Assembly: GCA_014728115.1 (NCBI GenBank) | Contig: WJME01000336.1 | Span: forward strand, 13,563-77,562 | Direction: 5' to 3' | Origin: Candidatus Zhuqueibacterota bacterium | GTDB lineage: Bacteria > Zhuqueibacterota > Zhuqueibacteria > Residuimicrobiales > Oceaniaggregativiventaceae | DNA: 64,000 bases | Part shown: positions 1 through 9,931 of the stretch, piece by piece | Numbering within the stretch: position 1 is the stretch's first letter | Layout of the letters: each line of letters opens with the position of its first letter | The notes under the pieces: generated by a model | What the model saw: only the letters and a program-made list of their open reading frames with translations | Database searches by the model: none | Told to the model about the DNA's origin: nothing | Position numbers and translations under genes: made by a program

Positions 1-2122
1 GCTGCGAACCAAAGCAGTTATCAAAGGCATTTTCCAGCACTGCCATCGAATTCAATGAAACTGGAACCATGACATCAGATTCACTGGGATGAAATCTGAA
101 CCACACATTACGATATCCCCAGACTTGAATGTCTTTGCGACCGGTTTCCTCCTGATAAATATGCAGCGCCTGTGCCAGGGTTTGCAAGACTTTGTAATGA
201 GTCGATGGTCCGCTTCCTTCCGGATCATACGCCACGGTGACCACTGTCGGTTGAATGGTTCGAGCAAGATTGAGTACGGGTTCGACATCACGAACTCGAT
301 CGATGGTCGATCCAAACATTCCGCCCCCATAAAATCCAAGGCGTAAGTGATGCACATTAGAGCTGTTAAATCCGAGATAACCCCATAACAAATCCGCTTC
401 CCACTCGCGAATCATCCCTTTGAGCTGTTGGATATAGGGTAAATCTTTTTTACCAGGATATTGGCTATCAAAATAAAGAATCATCTCCGAGATTCGATTG
501 GTTAACTGAGACAGGTTATCTTCATCAAAGATCTTCATCAAATTGCGCAAGAGACGACGGGCTTCACCCTCTTGTTTGGTGGTGCGACTATGGGCAGCCA
601 CTCCATCCAGATATTGATAGATATCCCGATTACGACCGATCTCGTTATCCGGATCAAAATATCCCTCGCTCATCATATCAACAAAGTGTGGATTTTTTAT
701 GAATTTTTGCAAGTTGACCAAAAGACGTTTGGCATAGGCATTGGTCACAGCGTTGAATCCGCTGGTCATATAGTTAAAATGATGAACATTTTTGGGACTG
801 CGCACCAGATGGATGATATATGCCCAGTACCCCAACATGATATCATCATGATGCGGTGCAGTATGCATGAACACATGATTTTCAAGAGGCGCAATGCCCT
901 TGTTTATCTTGGTCTCTATGCGATCTCGTACCTCAAGCGAAAGATCTAAAGCCGATTTTTTCGTCGTTTTCAAGATCCACTTTGAGGAACGGACGGTTTC
1001 AAAATCGGATTTCTCCAAATCAACGAGTTTCTTGTTGAAATCCAGTCCCAGATCGATAACAATCCGATCGATCTCATTATCCGGGACCGGATCCATGCGT
1101 GTGACATCTTCGAAGCGACGCTCGACCAAAAGAGACGCGGCTCCACGCGTCAAATAAAACCGGGAATTCTTTAGTTTTTGCAGTGCGGTCGCCGGATACA
1201 GATTGCTCGGCGCATTTTCAATGGAATCTTTGATCACTCCTGCATGATCTTCACCGGCTGCCATGACAAGGCCCACACAGTTCCGATTATAGGTAATCGT
1301 CGACAATCCTATGGTCATCACCAGACGATTACGCGCCACTTCAATGCCACCGAGGTCGGTTGCTGCTGTGGCCTGTGTTTCGTAATTGGTCCCGGTAAGA
1401 CGGGTTGTGGAATAATGATCAGAGCCACGCACATTAAAAGAGATATGACCGTCCGGTCCAATACCGCTGATGTAAAACCCGATCCCTTCCATCTCGCGAA
1501 TCTTGTCTTCATAGTTTGTACAATATTGATCTACCCGTTCGATGATCTCTTTTTGCAAACGTTCGAGTCGGGTCCGGCCATAACGGGTTCGCAGGGAAAG
1601 ATCAACAATATCATCCGGGAACACATCCGCCGGCGTCAAGCCGTTGGGCATTCCCGTTGTCCAGGCATTCATGAGCAACGTCTTTTTAGGATCGATGCCA
1701 AATCCGCGGTTATAGTACTTTGATATAAAATACCGAAAACTATTATTTTGTGTGGGATTGATGGGGTAAAACTCTTCAGCCTGTACAAACCGGAGCTGAT
1801 TCATCTTGGGTTTTTTACCCGGATCGATCTGATAGGTTTCCAGCTCGTTCTGAATCTCTTGTACCTGCCAGTTTTCCAGTAAATAGATCACATTTTTGAT
1901 AAAGTGTTCAGGAGTTTTTCCCACAGGAAGAGATACAATACCCTCCGGATTCTCCTGAACCCATTCGATAAAACGCAAAGCAACGAGTTTACCCAACGCA
2001 GGATAATTATCTACCTCTAAAACCGGAATCTTTTCAGTTGGCTCGTAAATAAACTTTCTGTTGCTCTGTTGCAAAGCCACCTGCTCCAGTCTGGACTGTG
2101 GGGTTCGTTTTGACTTGTTCAT
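1..2122 (-). CDS. Glucosamine-6-phosphate deaminase-like (NagB) + PIG-L/LmbE deacetylase fusion, 3' end runs off the window
   Basis: Absent from the ORF track. Manual translation from ATG at 2122 (MNKSKRTPQSRLEQ...) gives in-frame SLPVGKTP, FVQAEEFYP, GIGPDGHISFN (NagB) and HTAPHHDDIMLG (PIG-L), ending ...NAFDNCFGSQ at position 2. Confidence 0.85.
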   Translation of the reverse strand, partial: MNKSKRTPQSRLEQVALQQSNRKFIYEPTEKIPVLEVDNYPALGKLVALRFIEWVQENPEGIVSLPVGKTPEHFIKNVIYLLENWQVQEIQNELETYQIDPGKKPKMNQLRFVQAEEFYPINPTQNNSFRYFISKYYNRGFGIDPKKTLLMNAWTTGMPNGLTPADVFPDDIVDLSLRTRYGRTRLERLQKEIIERVDQYCTNYEDKIREMEGIGFYISGIGPDGHISFNVRGSDHYSTTRLTGTNYETQATAATDLGGIEVARNRLVMTIGLSTITYNRNCVGLVMAAGEDHAGVIKDSIENAPSNLYPATALQKLKNSRFYLTRGAASLLVERRFEDVTRMDPVPDNEIDRIVIDLGLDFNKKLVDLEKSDFETVRSSKWILKTTKKSALDLSLEVRDRIETKINKGIAPLENHVFMHTAPHHDDIMLGYWAYIIHLVRSPKNVHHFNYMTSGFNAVTNAYAKRLLVNLQKFIKNPHFVDMMSEGYFDPDNEIGRNRDIYQYLDGVAAHSRTTKQEGEARRLLRNLMKIFDEDNLSQLTNRISEMILYFDSQYPGKKDLPYIQQLKGMIREWEADLLWGYLGFNSSNVHHLRLGFYGGGMFGSTIDRVRDVEPVLNLARTIQPTVVTVAYDPEGSGPSTHYKVLQTLAQALHIYQEETGRKDIQVWGYRNVWFRFHPSESDVMVPVSLNSMAVLENAFDNCFGSQ

Positions 2123-2191
2123 AATTGAATCCGACTCAATTGGTTATATATAGAGTAAACTATTTGATACAAGCGTTCATTTCGCAGGATC

Positions 2192-2218
2192 AAAAAAAGG
2201 GTGGAAAATCCACCCTTT
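2192..2218 (-). terminator. Intrinsic terminator
   Basis: Hairpin aaagggtgg-aaaat-ccacccttt followed by a T-run on the minus strand, immediately after the stop at 2220. Confidence 0.7.
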
Positions 2219-2219
2219 G

Positions 2220-3209
2220 TCATTCAAATTTCTTGACATAGTCTAAAAAGGCTTTTGCCGTTTTATCGAGATTTTCGATACTCCCTCCCCCTCGAAGCAC
2301 CTCACACATTTCATACACCAGATATCCCTGGTAGCCGATATCGCGCAAAGTAGAGATAAACGTGTCATAGTCAATGATCCCCTGCTCGCTAAGGGGTATG
2401 GCACGAATCTGGGCCTGAACAGCCTTATAATTGGTTTTTTCGGGAACATATCGATATTGGGGCATTCTTACATATTGAGCTAAAATGGTATTGACGAGGT
2501 AAGGCTCTAATAACCGGATTCCCTGAGAAATCTCTTGCGGATTCAAGCCCTCAAGAGTGGGAGACCAGGCATCGAATCCCACTTTAACATTGGGCATATC
2601 GACCTCTTGCATCAACCAGTACATCTCGTCATGATGAATGGCAATATCATGATGGTTTTGTACTGCCAGCGTGACATCCCATTCGGCTGCCTTTTTTCCG
2701 GCGAGTTTCAAACCTTCAACAACCATCGCATACTGTTTATCGTAAGGAATATCCGGGCGGATATATCCGGTAAAGATCCGCACCATATCGGTCCCCAGAT
2801 CATGCGCCAGCTTGGCGACCTCGCCCACGTAGCTTGCCTGAATCTCAACATTGGGGATTCCGGGTTTATCACAGCCGGCCGTAAAATCAGTGTAACCGGC
2901 CAGGCCGACCAATTCCAATCCCAGGTCTTTGATCTTTTGACGCAGACGCTGGCGTGCTTGTTGATCGTAATCAAAAGGCGATACATGCGGTCGTTTTGCG
3001 ACCAGCATCACACCATCATATCCCAGTTCTTTGGCTTTGACCAGAAAATCATCCACAGAGAGAAAAGAGTGACCACGCCACACCCCGGCATAGCTAACAG
3101 AGTGCAAACAGGTTTTGACCTGAAAATCGCTGGGATTTCCCGTGGGCACTGCTTGCCCCCATAATTGAGAAAAGACCAATAACATGATCATCGAGGCGAG
3201 AGATTTCAT
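2220..3209 (-). CDS. Sugar phosphate isomerase/epimerase (xylose isomerase-like TIM barrel) with N-terminal signal peptide
   Basis: GYDGV, VRIFTG, LAVQNHHD, GFDAW and GYQGYLVYE motifs; aggagg RBS. Confidence 0.8.
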   Translation of the reverse strand: MKSLASMIMLLVFSQLWGQAVPTGNPSDFQVKTCLHSVSYAGVWRGHSFLSVDDFLVKAKELGYDGVMLVAKRPHVSPFDYDQQARQRLRQKIKDLGLELVGLAGYTDFTAGCDKPGIPNVEIQASYVGEVAKLAHDLGTDMVRIFTGYIRPDIPYDKQYAMVVEGLKLAGKKAAEWDVTLAVQNHHDIAIHHDEMYWLMQEVDMPNVKVGFDAWSPTLEGLNPQEISQGIRLLEPYLVNTILAQYVRMPQYRYVPEKTNYKAVQAQIRAIPLSEQGIIDYDTFISTLRDIGYQGYLVYEMCEVLRGGGSIENLDKTAKAFLDYVKKFE

Positions 3210-3504
3210 AGGTTCCTCCTTTTATTGCTGAATTGGATCAATGGTTTGCAAATTTACAGCCTCAAAAATCTTATCGAGGCTCCAGTCGGTAAAGTCCCTC
3301 TGGAAACTATTCATCTAAAGACACTGCTGTCCAAAATAGCGAGTTGTGCACATTTTTTCTGTCTATTTTGGACAAGAGTAATCTAAAATATAAATTTATT
3401 ATCTAAAATCAAACGAAAACATTCCGCAGGTAGAGCTTGCAATTAATTGAAATAGAAAATATTTTGCAGCTGTTTCTCTTACTGAAAATAAACAGGAGGA
3501 TAAA

Positions 3505-4350
3505 TTGAAAAAACTATTGTCACTTTTGGCTGTATTGGGGCTTTTTACCGCTTCTTACCCGCAAGATAACGACAAACTACCTATGGGGTGGAGCAAAAGC
3601 ATCGTAGGAGTGCTGAACTTGACGCAAACCCAATTCGATAATTGGTCGCAGGGAGGTGAAAATTCACTGGCCTGGCAGACGAATTTGAATGCAGAATTTA
3701 TTAAAAATGATTCAGGTTACACCTGGACGAATACCGGTAAATTTTCTTATGGTAAGATCAAAGTGGGCGACCAGGACGCGAGAAAGTCTATCGATGAAAT
3801 TAAACTTGAATCTGTTTACATGCTGAAAATACCTCTCTTTTTAAAACCCTATCTGTCCGCAAGCGCAGAAACCCAAAGCACCACGGGGTACAAATACGTA
3901 GAGGATGAAGCGGTGGCCATATCGAAATTTCTCAATCCAGCCTATTTTTATCAGAGTCTGGGCCTGGGATATGTGATCGAAAAACGCTTCAAAACGCGGT
4001 TGGGTATAGCCCTCAAAGAAACATATGCCCCGGATTATCCCGAACTCTATAGCGATGATCCCACGACTGAAAAGATTGAAGAATTGCGATTCGAAGTCGG
4101 AGCAGAATCATCAACCTCTCTGAAACAAAAACTCACAGAGACGACACTGGTCGATTCCGAACTGCAGCTATTTTCAAATTTGCAAAGATTCGATGAAATC
4201 GATGTAAGATGGAATACCCTGTTTTCAACCAAAGTATCTGATTATATCAATATTAATTTTAATTTTATCCTTTTTTATGACAAAGACATTTCCAAAAAGC
4301 GTCAGATCAAACAATCGCTGGCCTTGGGTCTTACCTATACTTTTTTATAA
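3505..4350 (+). CDS. DUF3078-family outer-membrane beta-barrel protein
   Basis: Signal peptide, FDNWSQGGENS motif, C-terminal LGLTYTF beta-signal; ggagga RBS before TTG. Confidence 0.75.
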   Translation: MKKLLSLLAVLGLFTASYPQDNDKLPMGWSKSIVGVLNLTQTQFDNWSQGGENSLAWQTNLNAEFIKNDSGYTWTNTGKFSYGKIKVGDQDARKSIDEIKLESVYMLKIPLFLKPYLSASAETQSTTGYKYVEDEAVAISKFLNPAYFYQSLGLGYVIEKRFKTRLGIALKETYAPDYPELYSDDPTTEKIEELRFEVGAESSTSLKQKLTETTLVDSELQLFSNLQRFDEIDVRWNTLFSTKVSDYININFNFILFYDKDISKKRQIKQSLALGLTYTFL

Positions 4351-4524
4351 TTGACGATTTCATTTTGCAATGCAGGCATTGCATTTTGACCATATTGATA
4401 CATAATTTTTTATTCATCATTTCCTAACCACTCCCCAAGTGATTGATTTTTATGAATCACAAAACGCGACTATAATGGCGCAAAATTTGCAACATTACAG
4501 GTATTGACAAATGGGGAGCTGGTT

Positions 4525-4896
4525 ATGAAATGTATACAGTGTTTTATTTTCGTGGCGTTCCTGTATAGTATGGGATGGGCAAACGAAAAGCAGGCGGATT
4601 CGAAATGGGTGCGTGTTGCCAATGAAAAACCGGACCAATTTACCGTAGAAACTCTGGCCAATCCATTTCAACAAAGCCAGAGATTGATTTTGAGCCTGCC
4701 ACAAAAAAGTTATGTCGATTTATCCATACAGGACAGGCAGGGCAATATATTATTGGATATCTATCGTGGTGAACAAAATGCCGGCATTTACAATCTGGAT
4801 TGGCAAACAGATGAATTGAATAGCGGAGTCTATTATTTCAGAATCAAGGTGGACAGTTCGAGTACGACGCTCCCCTTTGCATGGTTAGATCAGTAG
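4525..4896 (+). CDS. Small secreted protein consisting mostly of a T9SS-CTD/FlgD-like Ig domain
   Basis: Signal peptide, then ANPF...LSIQDRQG...AGIYNLDW...LNSGVYYFRI. ATG at 4525 follows ggag. Confidence 0.6.
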   Translation: MKCIQCFIFVAFLYSMGWANEKQADSKWVRVANEKPDQFTVETLANPFQQSQRLILSLPQKSYVDLSIQDRQGNILLDIYRGEQNAGIYNLDWQTDELNSGVYYFRIKVDSSSTTLPFAWLDQ

Positions 4897-4965
4897 GCCC
4901 CCGAACCCCCCCTCTGGGTCATCCCCCCGATGACCTCCCAATAGGTGTTGACCGACACTCACTCC

Positions 4966-5265
4966 TTATTCATCATCACTATTAAAATCAAAACCATCGC
5001 CCTGGCTTGCCCGTGTCACCACTCGATTATACTCGGCAAAAATTTCATCCTCAAGATGAGAGCGAAATTGCTTGCTGATCGGATGAGCGATATCTCTTTG
5101 AGCACCATCGTCTGATTTTCTTGAGGGCATGCATAACAAGAGCCCATCCTTACTTTGAATGATTTTAAGTCCTTTGACTGCAAAGATGTTGTCAAAGGTA
5201 ATGTTCACAAACGCTTTGAGCTTTTTCTCATTTCGAAGTCGGATGCTAATCTCGGTAATCTCCAT
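4966..5265 (-). CDS. spoVG: SpoVG family DNA/RNA-binding regulator
   Basis: MEITEISIR...LKAFVNITFD...KII...MPSRK...RDIAHPI signature. Confidence 0.92.
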   Translation of the reverse strand: MEITEISIRLRNEKKLKAFVNITFDNIFAVKGLKIIQSKDGLLLCMPSRKSDDGAQRDIAHPISKQFRSHLEDEIFAEYNRVVTRASQGDGFDFNSDDE

Positions 5266-5429
5266 TCAACTCCCCTTACCATTAAAGTTGCTTGCAGAAT
5301 TTGGTGAGCTATTATTCATAAAGACGCACGTTCTATTTGCCAAGAATTGGAGTATGAAACGCGGTGCTGAAATTCACTCAATACTACAGGCAAACCGAAA
5401 CATTCGCGAACAACAGACCGAACTTTTTT

Positions 5430-5948
5430 CTATTTTTTTTTCGGCTCTGCCGTTTTGCATCCTCTGGTTTCCTTGAACTCCTGGAAAGAGACATCTTTTT
5501 CATAACATCTCTGATCGATATATTTCAGTATGACTAGAAATTCCTCGGCCGGGATGTAGCCGGGAATGACGGTGACCAACTCACTCTCATGATTCAGGAA
5601 TGCCAGTGAAGGAAACCCTGTAACGCCAAAAGCTCGGGTGAGCTCAGGATAGGTATAGGTTTTTCCCTTAAAATGCACACTCTTTTTCTCATTCTCGGCA
5701 TCGATACGCACTGTAATGAATCGGTCTCCCAAATAAGAGGAAACACTCTTTTCCTGAAACGTTTTTTCATCCATTACTTTACACCAGTGACACCAGTCAG
5801 TGTAAAAGTCAATTAAACTGTGTTTATTCTCTTTTGCCGCTTTTTCTATTCCGGATTCAAAATCGATCCATTCAGCATCGCTGGCAACAAGATTTTGCAC
5901 AAACACGAGCAAAAGACTGGAAATAACAATCATCATCCATCGCTTCAT
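5430..5948 (-). CDS. Secreted thioredoxin-fold protein (DUF255/SoxW-like)
   Basis: Signal peptide, DFYTDWCHWCKVM, cis-Pro motif GFP. Confidence 0.85.
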   Translation of the reverse strand: MKRWMMIVISSLLLVFVQNLVASDAEWIDFESGIEKAAKENKHSLIDFYTDWCHWCKVMDEKTFQEKSVSSYLGDRFITVRIDAENEKKSVHFKGKTYTYPELTRAFGVTGFPSLAFLNHESELVTVIPGYIPAEEFLVILKYIDQRCYEKDVSFQEFKETRGCKTAEPKKK

Positions 5949-5974
5949 ATCATTCTCCCGGGTTTATCGGTTCA

Positions 5975-7267
5975 TCAGGGTAAGGCAGGATTGAAATAGC
6001 CGAAACGAATCCATGGCGCGGCTTGTTTTACCTTTTTCATCCAATCTAGAATCCCCATGGTCGGTGTATCAAAATTTTCCATACCCATGGATTCTATATA
6101 CCACTGCGGATCAATATTCAGGTTTCTCATTTGAATCATATCGATCCGAAATAAAGTAACCCATTCGAGTAGCTTATTTATTTCCTCATCCTGATTGGTA
6201 AACCCCGGAAAAATAAAATAGTTCAAAGATATCCATTTATCAAGAGATCTGGCAATTTCCATGGATTGCAAAACCTGATCGAAACAATAGCCTCGGGGAC
6301 GAAAATACCGATGATAAGGTTCCGGCCGAACACTGTTCATGCTTACACGTAGACTATCCAGTCCTGCCTGACAGAGACGTTCAATCGCCTCAGGAAGGCT
6401 GGCATTGGTATTCAAATTGATCGTCCCGGTACGGGTTTGCTTCCGGATCAATTTGATCGCCTGCTCGATAACCCCGGCTTGCATCAGCGGCTCACCTTCG
6501 CACCCTTGACCAAAACTGACAACAGCTCCGGGAACGGCATGGATATGCTCCAAGGCCACCCCCGCAATCTCTGATGACGAAGGAACAAAATTCAATCTGC
6601 TTTGGCTGGCAACCACACCGGTTTCACTGGGCTGCCGGGAGATACACCCCACGCAATCCGCATTGCAGGAAGGACTCGTAGGCAATGGGCATTCATATCG
6701 TTTCAGCACAAAATTGCGTGCCGCGGGACAACCATAGCGCCTTACACAGTTTTGCACCAGATGGACAGCGAGACGATTATGACCCATTCGTTCCAGCACA
6801 GATTCTGCACCAGATGCTATTGCCGCTTCATCTATCCCGGACAAGTCCTGTCTGGGATCCTGATCCACTCTAACGGCCGTGACATAAAAGTCGTCCTTTA
6901 ACCATCCTACAGCTGTATACGCATATAGAGGCAAGCGTACAGCCCCCGGCTCGGAAGAATACGCACTCTGATAGAGTTGTGTATAGGCCGGTGCCAAAAA
7001 AGCTGCAACCGGCCGAACGCGCCTTCCCCTATAAAATTCGATTTGTACAATGTCGTCCCGTTCCGGATCAAATGCAACAATATGCCGGTCCGGTAGAACA
7101 TATAAATCACTGCCAAATGGCAAAGGAATATAGTCTTGAAGCTCCGGGAGTGCAGGATGTATGCCCTGCATCCCTAATGCGTATAACCCGGGCAATTCAA
7201 AAATATGCCCATCCTCATCTGCTGCAAGGGCAAGCGGTAAGGATTGAAAATCATCAGGAACAGTCAT
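5975..7267 (-). CDS. Radical SAM protein of unknown function
   Basis: CNADCVGC (CxxxCxxC), SFGQGCEGEPL, NLNTNAS. Confidence 0.85.
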   Translation of the reverse strand: MTVPDDFQSLPLALAADEDGHIFELPGLYALGMQGIHPALPELQDYIPLPFGSDLYVLPDRHIVAFDPERDDIVQIEFYRGRRVRPVAAFLAPAYTQLYQSAYSSEPGAVRLPLYAYTAVGWLKDDFYVTAVRVDQDPRQDLSGIDEAAIASGAESVLERMGHNRLAVHLVQNCVRRYGCPAARNFVLKRYECPLPTSPSCNADCVGCISRQPSETGVVASQSRLNFVPSSSEIAGVALEHIHAVPGAVVSFGQGCEGEPLMQAGVIEQAIKLIRKQTRTGTINLNTNASLPEAIERLCQAGLDSLRVSMNSVRPEPYHRYFRPRGYCFDQVLQSMEIARSLDKWISLNYFIFPGFTNQDEEINKLLEWVTLFRIDMIQMRNLNIDPQWYIESMGMENFDTPTMGILDWMKKVKQAAPWIRFGYFNPALP

Positions 7268-7362
7268 GAGTATCCAACAGCGAACAGTTTGATCTATGCA
7301 TGCAAGATAGGAAAATTAAATCATACAAAAAACAGAAAAATTGAAAAAGATGATTTTTTAAA

Positions 7363-7391
7363 TTGACATTGTGATATAAATGAGTTACAAT
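7363..7391 (+). promoter_or_regulatory. Sigma70-type promoter
   Basis: TTGACA (7363-7368), 17-bp spacer, TACAAT (7386-7391), upstream of the 7473 ORF. Confidence 0.6.
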
Positions 7392-7472
7392 ATACCCGAA
7401 AGTAATTTTTAGAAAAAGGGATGGATCGCTCTAAACCATCGCACAATTCCGGTCTAAATAATCAGTTGAACT

Positions 7473-9875
7473 TTGACACAGGAAAGCTGCTTGAAACAAT
7501 TGATACAACCCACAGCAAGATGGTTGTTCGTTTTCCTGGTCTTGAATTTACACCCTCTTTGGGCAGACACTTTTGTTGTCACCAATACAGAAGATCTGGG
7601 TGAAAATTCATTAGCATGGGCAATCGATAAAAGTCAACAGCATCTAGGACCAGATACCATCGCATTTCAAATTCCAACGACTGATCCACGCTATGACAGC
7701 GAATCAGGCGTATGGGTCATTACCATTACCACTCCATTGCCGGTCATGACAGATGACGGCACTGTGATCGATGGGTCATCTCAAACCCGTTTTGCCGGCG
7801 ATACCAATCCGGACGGATTCGAAATCGAAATATTCGGTTTAAACGCTCCCCATGAAGCTCCGGGGATCGTCATCTATTCCGCTTATAATCATATTCATGA
7901 TCTGAGTATCGGGGCGTTTCGAGGATTCACGATCTTTATCAGAGGAGAAAAAGCCCATCATAATGTTATCGAGGGCTGTTATATCGGCCTCGAAGCCGAT
8001 GGGAAATTCGCATATCGTGCATTGAAAAGCTGCGGCGTGCGGATCGACAGAGGCGCTGCTTATAATCGCGTCGGCGGCCCCCTGCCGGAACAACGGTGCA
8101 TTATCGGCGGACAGTACGAACGTGCGATCTATATGGAAGGCACTCATCACAATATCATACAGGGCAATTATATCGGCGTCAATGTGACCGGTGTCGAACC
8201 TGTACCAAATGGATGGGGCTTTTTCGAAAAATCAAACTCTTTACGTGACGCCTATAGTGGTATCTATCTCTATATCGAAAGCCATAACAATGTCATCGGA
8301 GGACCCAACCCCGGTGAAGGCAATGTTATTTGCTCCAGCTATCGTGCCGGAATCCGCCTCGAGTCAACCGGAAGCGACAGTAATCTTTTCCAGGGAAATT
8401 ATATCGGTGTCGGTGCAGATGGCCAAACTCCCCTGCCAAACGGAGAAACCGGAATTTGGGTGGCCCCGGACAGCGACGATGATCCCTTGACCGGAGGTCC
8501 CGCCTATAATCTTATCGGCGGAACAGAACCCGGTGCCGGGAATGTCATCTCGGGGAATCACTCGAGCGGTATTCAGTTCCGATGGGCAAGCCATAATAAT
8601 CAGGTGATTGGAAATAAAATCGGCACAGATGCACTGGCTTCCAAGCTCGTACCCAATGAACATAATGCAATTTATTTCTTTGGAGATACAGGTAAAGGCG
8701 GACCTCGGAACAATACTGTCGGCCCGGATAACATCATTATCGCCAACAGTCCCACCACCGAACAAAATCCCTGGGCCGCCATTCGTCTCGATCACGAAAC
8801 AACCCGCCAGAATCAAATATTCGGCAATGTGATCGGCACCAACCCGGATATGGATTTGAAAAGCCAATATAACCCAGCGATTCTACTCAGAGATGGCGCC
8901 AACAAGAACATCATCGGGCCGGATAATGTGATCGCCAATTCTCCCTCTTATGGTGTATGGATAAAGGATGAGAACACATGGCATAATACCATCACCAAAA
9001 ATAAAATTGTCAATCATGAACAACATCCCATCTTTATCGAACCTCCATTGTCCAGAGCGATCGAGCCCCCGATTATCACCTTTGTCGACCGCCAGGGTAT
9101 CCATGGTGTGACACTGCCCTTTGGTCAGGTGGAGATTTTTGCCGGCACAGAAAATGCCCTGATTTCGTTCCTCGAAGAGGGGCAGGCCGACAGTATGGGA
9201 TTTTTTGTGATCGACGTCCCGGCAGATACCTCGAGCGTCATCGCAACAGTAACCGATACCTCGGGGACGACCTCGATGGTTTCCAATAGCCGCACCGTCC
9301 CTATCGAGCTGGCCTCATTTTATGCCATAGCTCTGTCAGATGGCCGGATTCATTTGCAATGGGAGACGATGAGCGAATTGAATAATTTTGGTTTCTATAT
9401 CCAGCGAAGTACAGATAATACGTATTGGCAGGATATGGGCTTTGTTGCAGGGGGTGGCACGCGAACGACTCGCGCGCAGTATGAATTTTACGATACACCT
9501 CCACAAGGACAAGATCTTTGGTACCGGCTTCGACAAATCGATTTTGATGGTAATGAGAATCTTTCCAAAGCAGTCTTTATCGAGCAATCACAACCCAGGG
9601 CGTTCGAACTCTATCCGCCGTTTCCCAATCCCTTTAATAGCATGACACAGATCAACTTTGATCTGAACAAAGACTGCCATGTGAGTCTGAGAATTTTAAA
9701 TCTAAAGGGAGAAACAGTCATCGAACTGTTGGATGAAGAACTCTCTATGGGAAATCATCAGGTAGAATGGATTGGAAACGACATCAATGGCTCGACGGTC
9801 GCTTCGGGGGTTTATATCGTCCAGCTGCATACCGGAACCGAAACCCAGATTCAAAAAATTGTCTATGCCAAATAG
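7473..9875 (+). CDS. Large secreted parallel beta-helix repeat protein with PNPFN/FlgD-Ig C-terminal domain
   Basis: Repeated NxIxGNYIG and GNVISGN units, VPIELASF, FPNPFN...SGVYIV. Start codon uncertain. Confidence 0.75.
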   Translation: MTQESCLKQLIQPTARWLFVFLVLNLHPLWADTFVVTNTEDLGENSLAWAIDKSQQHLGPDTIAFQIPTTDPRYDSESGVWVITITTPLPVMTDDGTVIDGSSQTRFAGDTNPDGFEIEIFGLNAPHEAPGIVIYSAYNHIHDLSIGAFRGFTIFIRGEKAHHNVIEGCYIGLEADGKFAYRALKSCGVRIDRGAAYNRVGGPLPEQRCIIGGQYERAIYMEGTHHNIIQGNYIGVNVTGVEPVPNGWGFFEKSNSLRDAYSGIYLYIESHNNVIGGPNPGEGNVICSSYRAGIRLESTGSDSNLFQGNYIGVGADGQTPLPNGETGIWVAPDSDDDPLTGGPAYNLIGGTEPGAGNVISGNHSSGIQFRWASHNNQVIGNKIGTDALASKLVPNEHNAIYFFGDTGKGGPRNNTVGPDNIIIANSPTTEQNPWAAIRLDHETTRQNQIFGNVIGTNPDMDLKSQYNPAILLRDGANKNIIGPDNVIANSPSYGVWIKDENTWHNTITKNKIVNHEQHPIFIEPPLSRAIEPPIITFVDRQGIHGVTLPFGQVEIFAGTENALISFLEEGQADSMGFFVIDVPADTSSVIATVTDTSGTTSMVSNSRTVPIELASFYAIALSDGRIHLQWETMSELNNFGFYIQRSTDNTYWQDMGFVAGGGTRTTRAQYEFYDTPPQGQDLWYRLRQIDFDGNENLSKAVFIEQSQPRAFELYPPFPNPFNSMTQINFDLNKDCHVSLRILNLKGETVIELLDEELSMGNHQVEWIGNDINGSTVASGVYIVQLHTGTETQIQKIVYAK

Positions 9876-9880
9876 TATCT

Positions 9881-9922
9881 AAAAACAAAGAGAGAGCTAT
9901 CGAATGGCCCTCTCTTTGTTTT
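9881..9922. terminator. Bidirectional intrinsic terminator
   Basis: aaaacaaagagag...ctctctttgtttt hairpin between convergent genes. Confidence 0.7.
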
Positions 9923-9931
9923 GCTGTACAT

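Noticed and set aside
4896-4965. Possible tRNA or ncRNA after spoVG (C-rich stretch with a ggtcatc/gatgacc hairpin)
   Set aside because: No cloverleaf can be built; it is best explained as a short hairpin between convergent genes.
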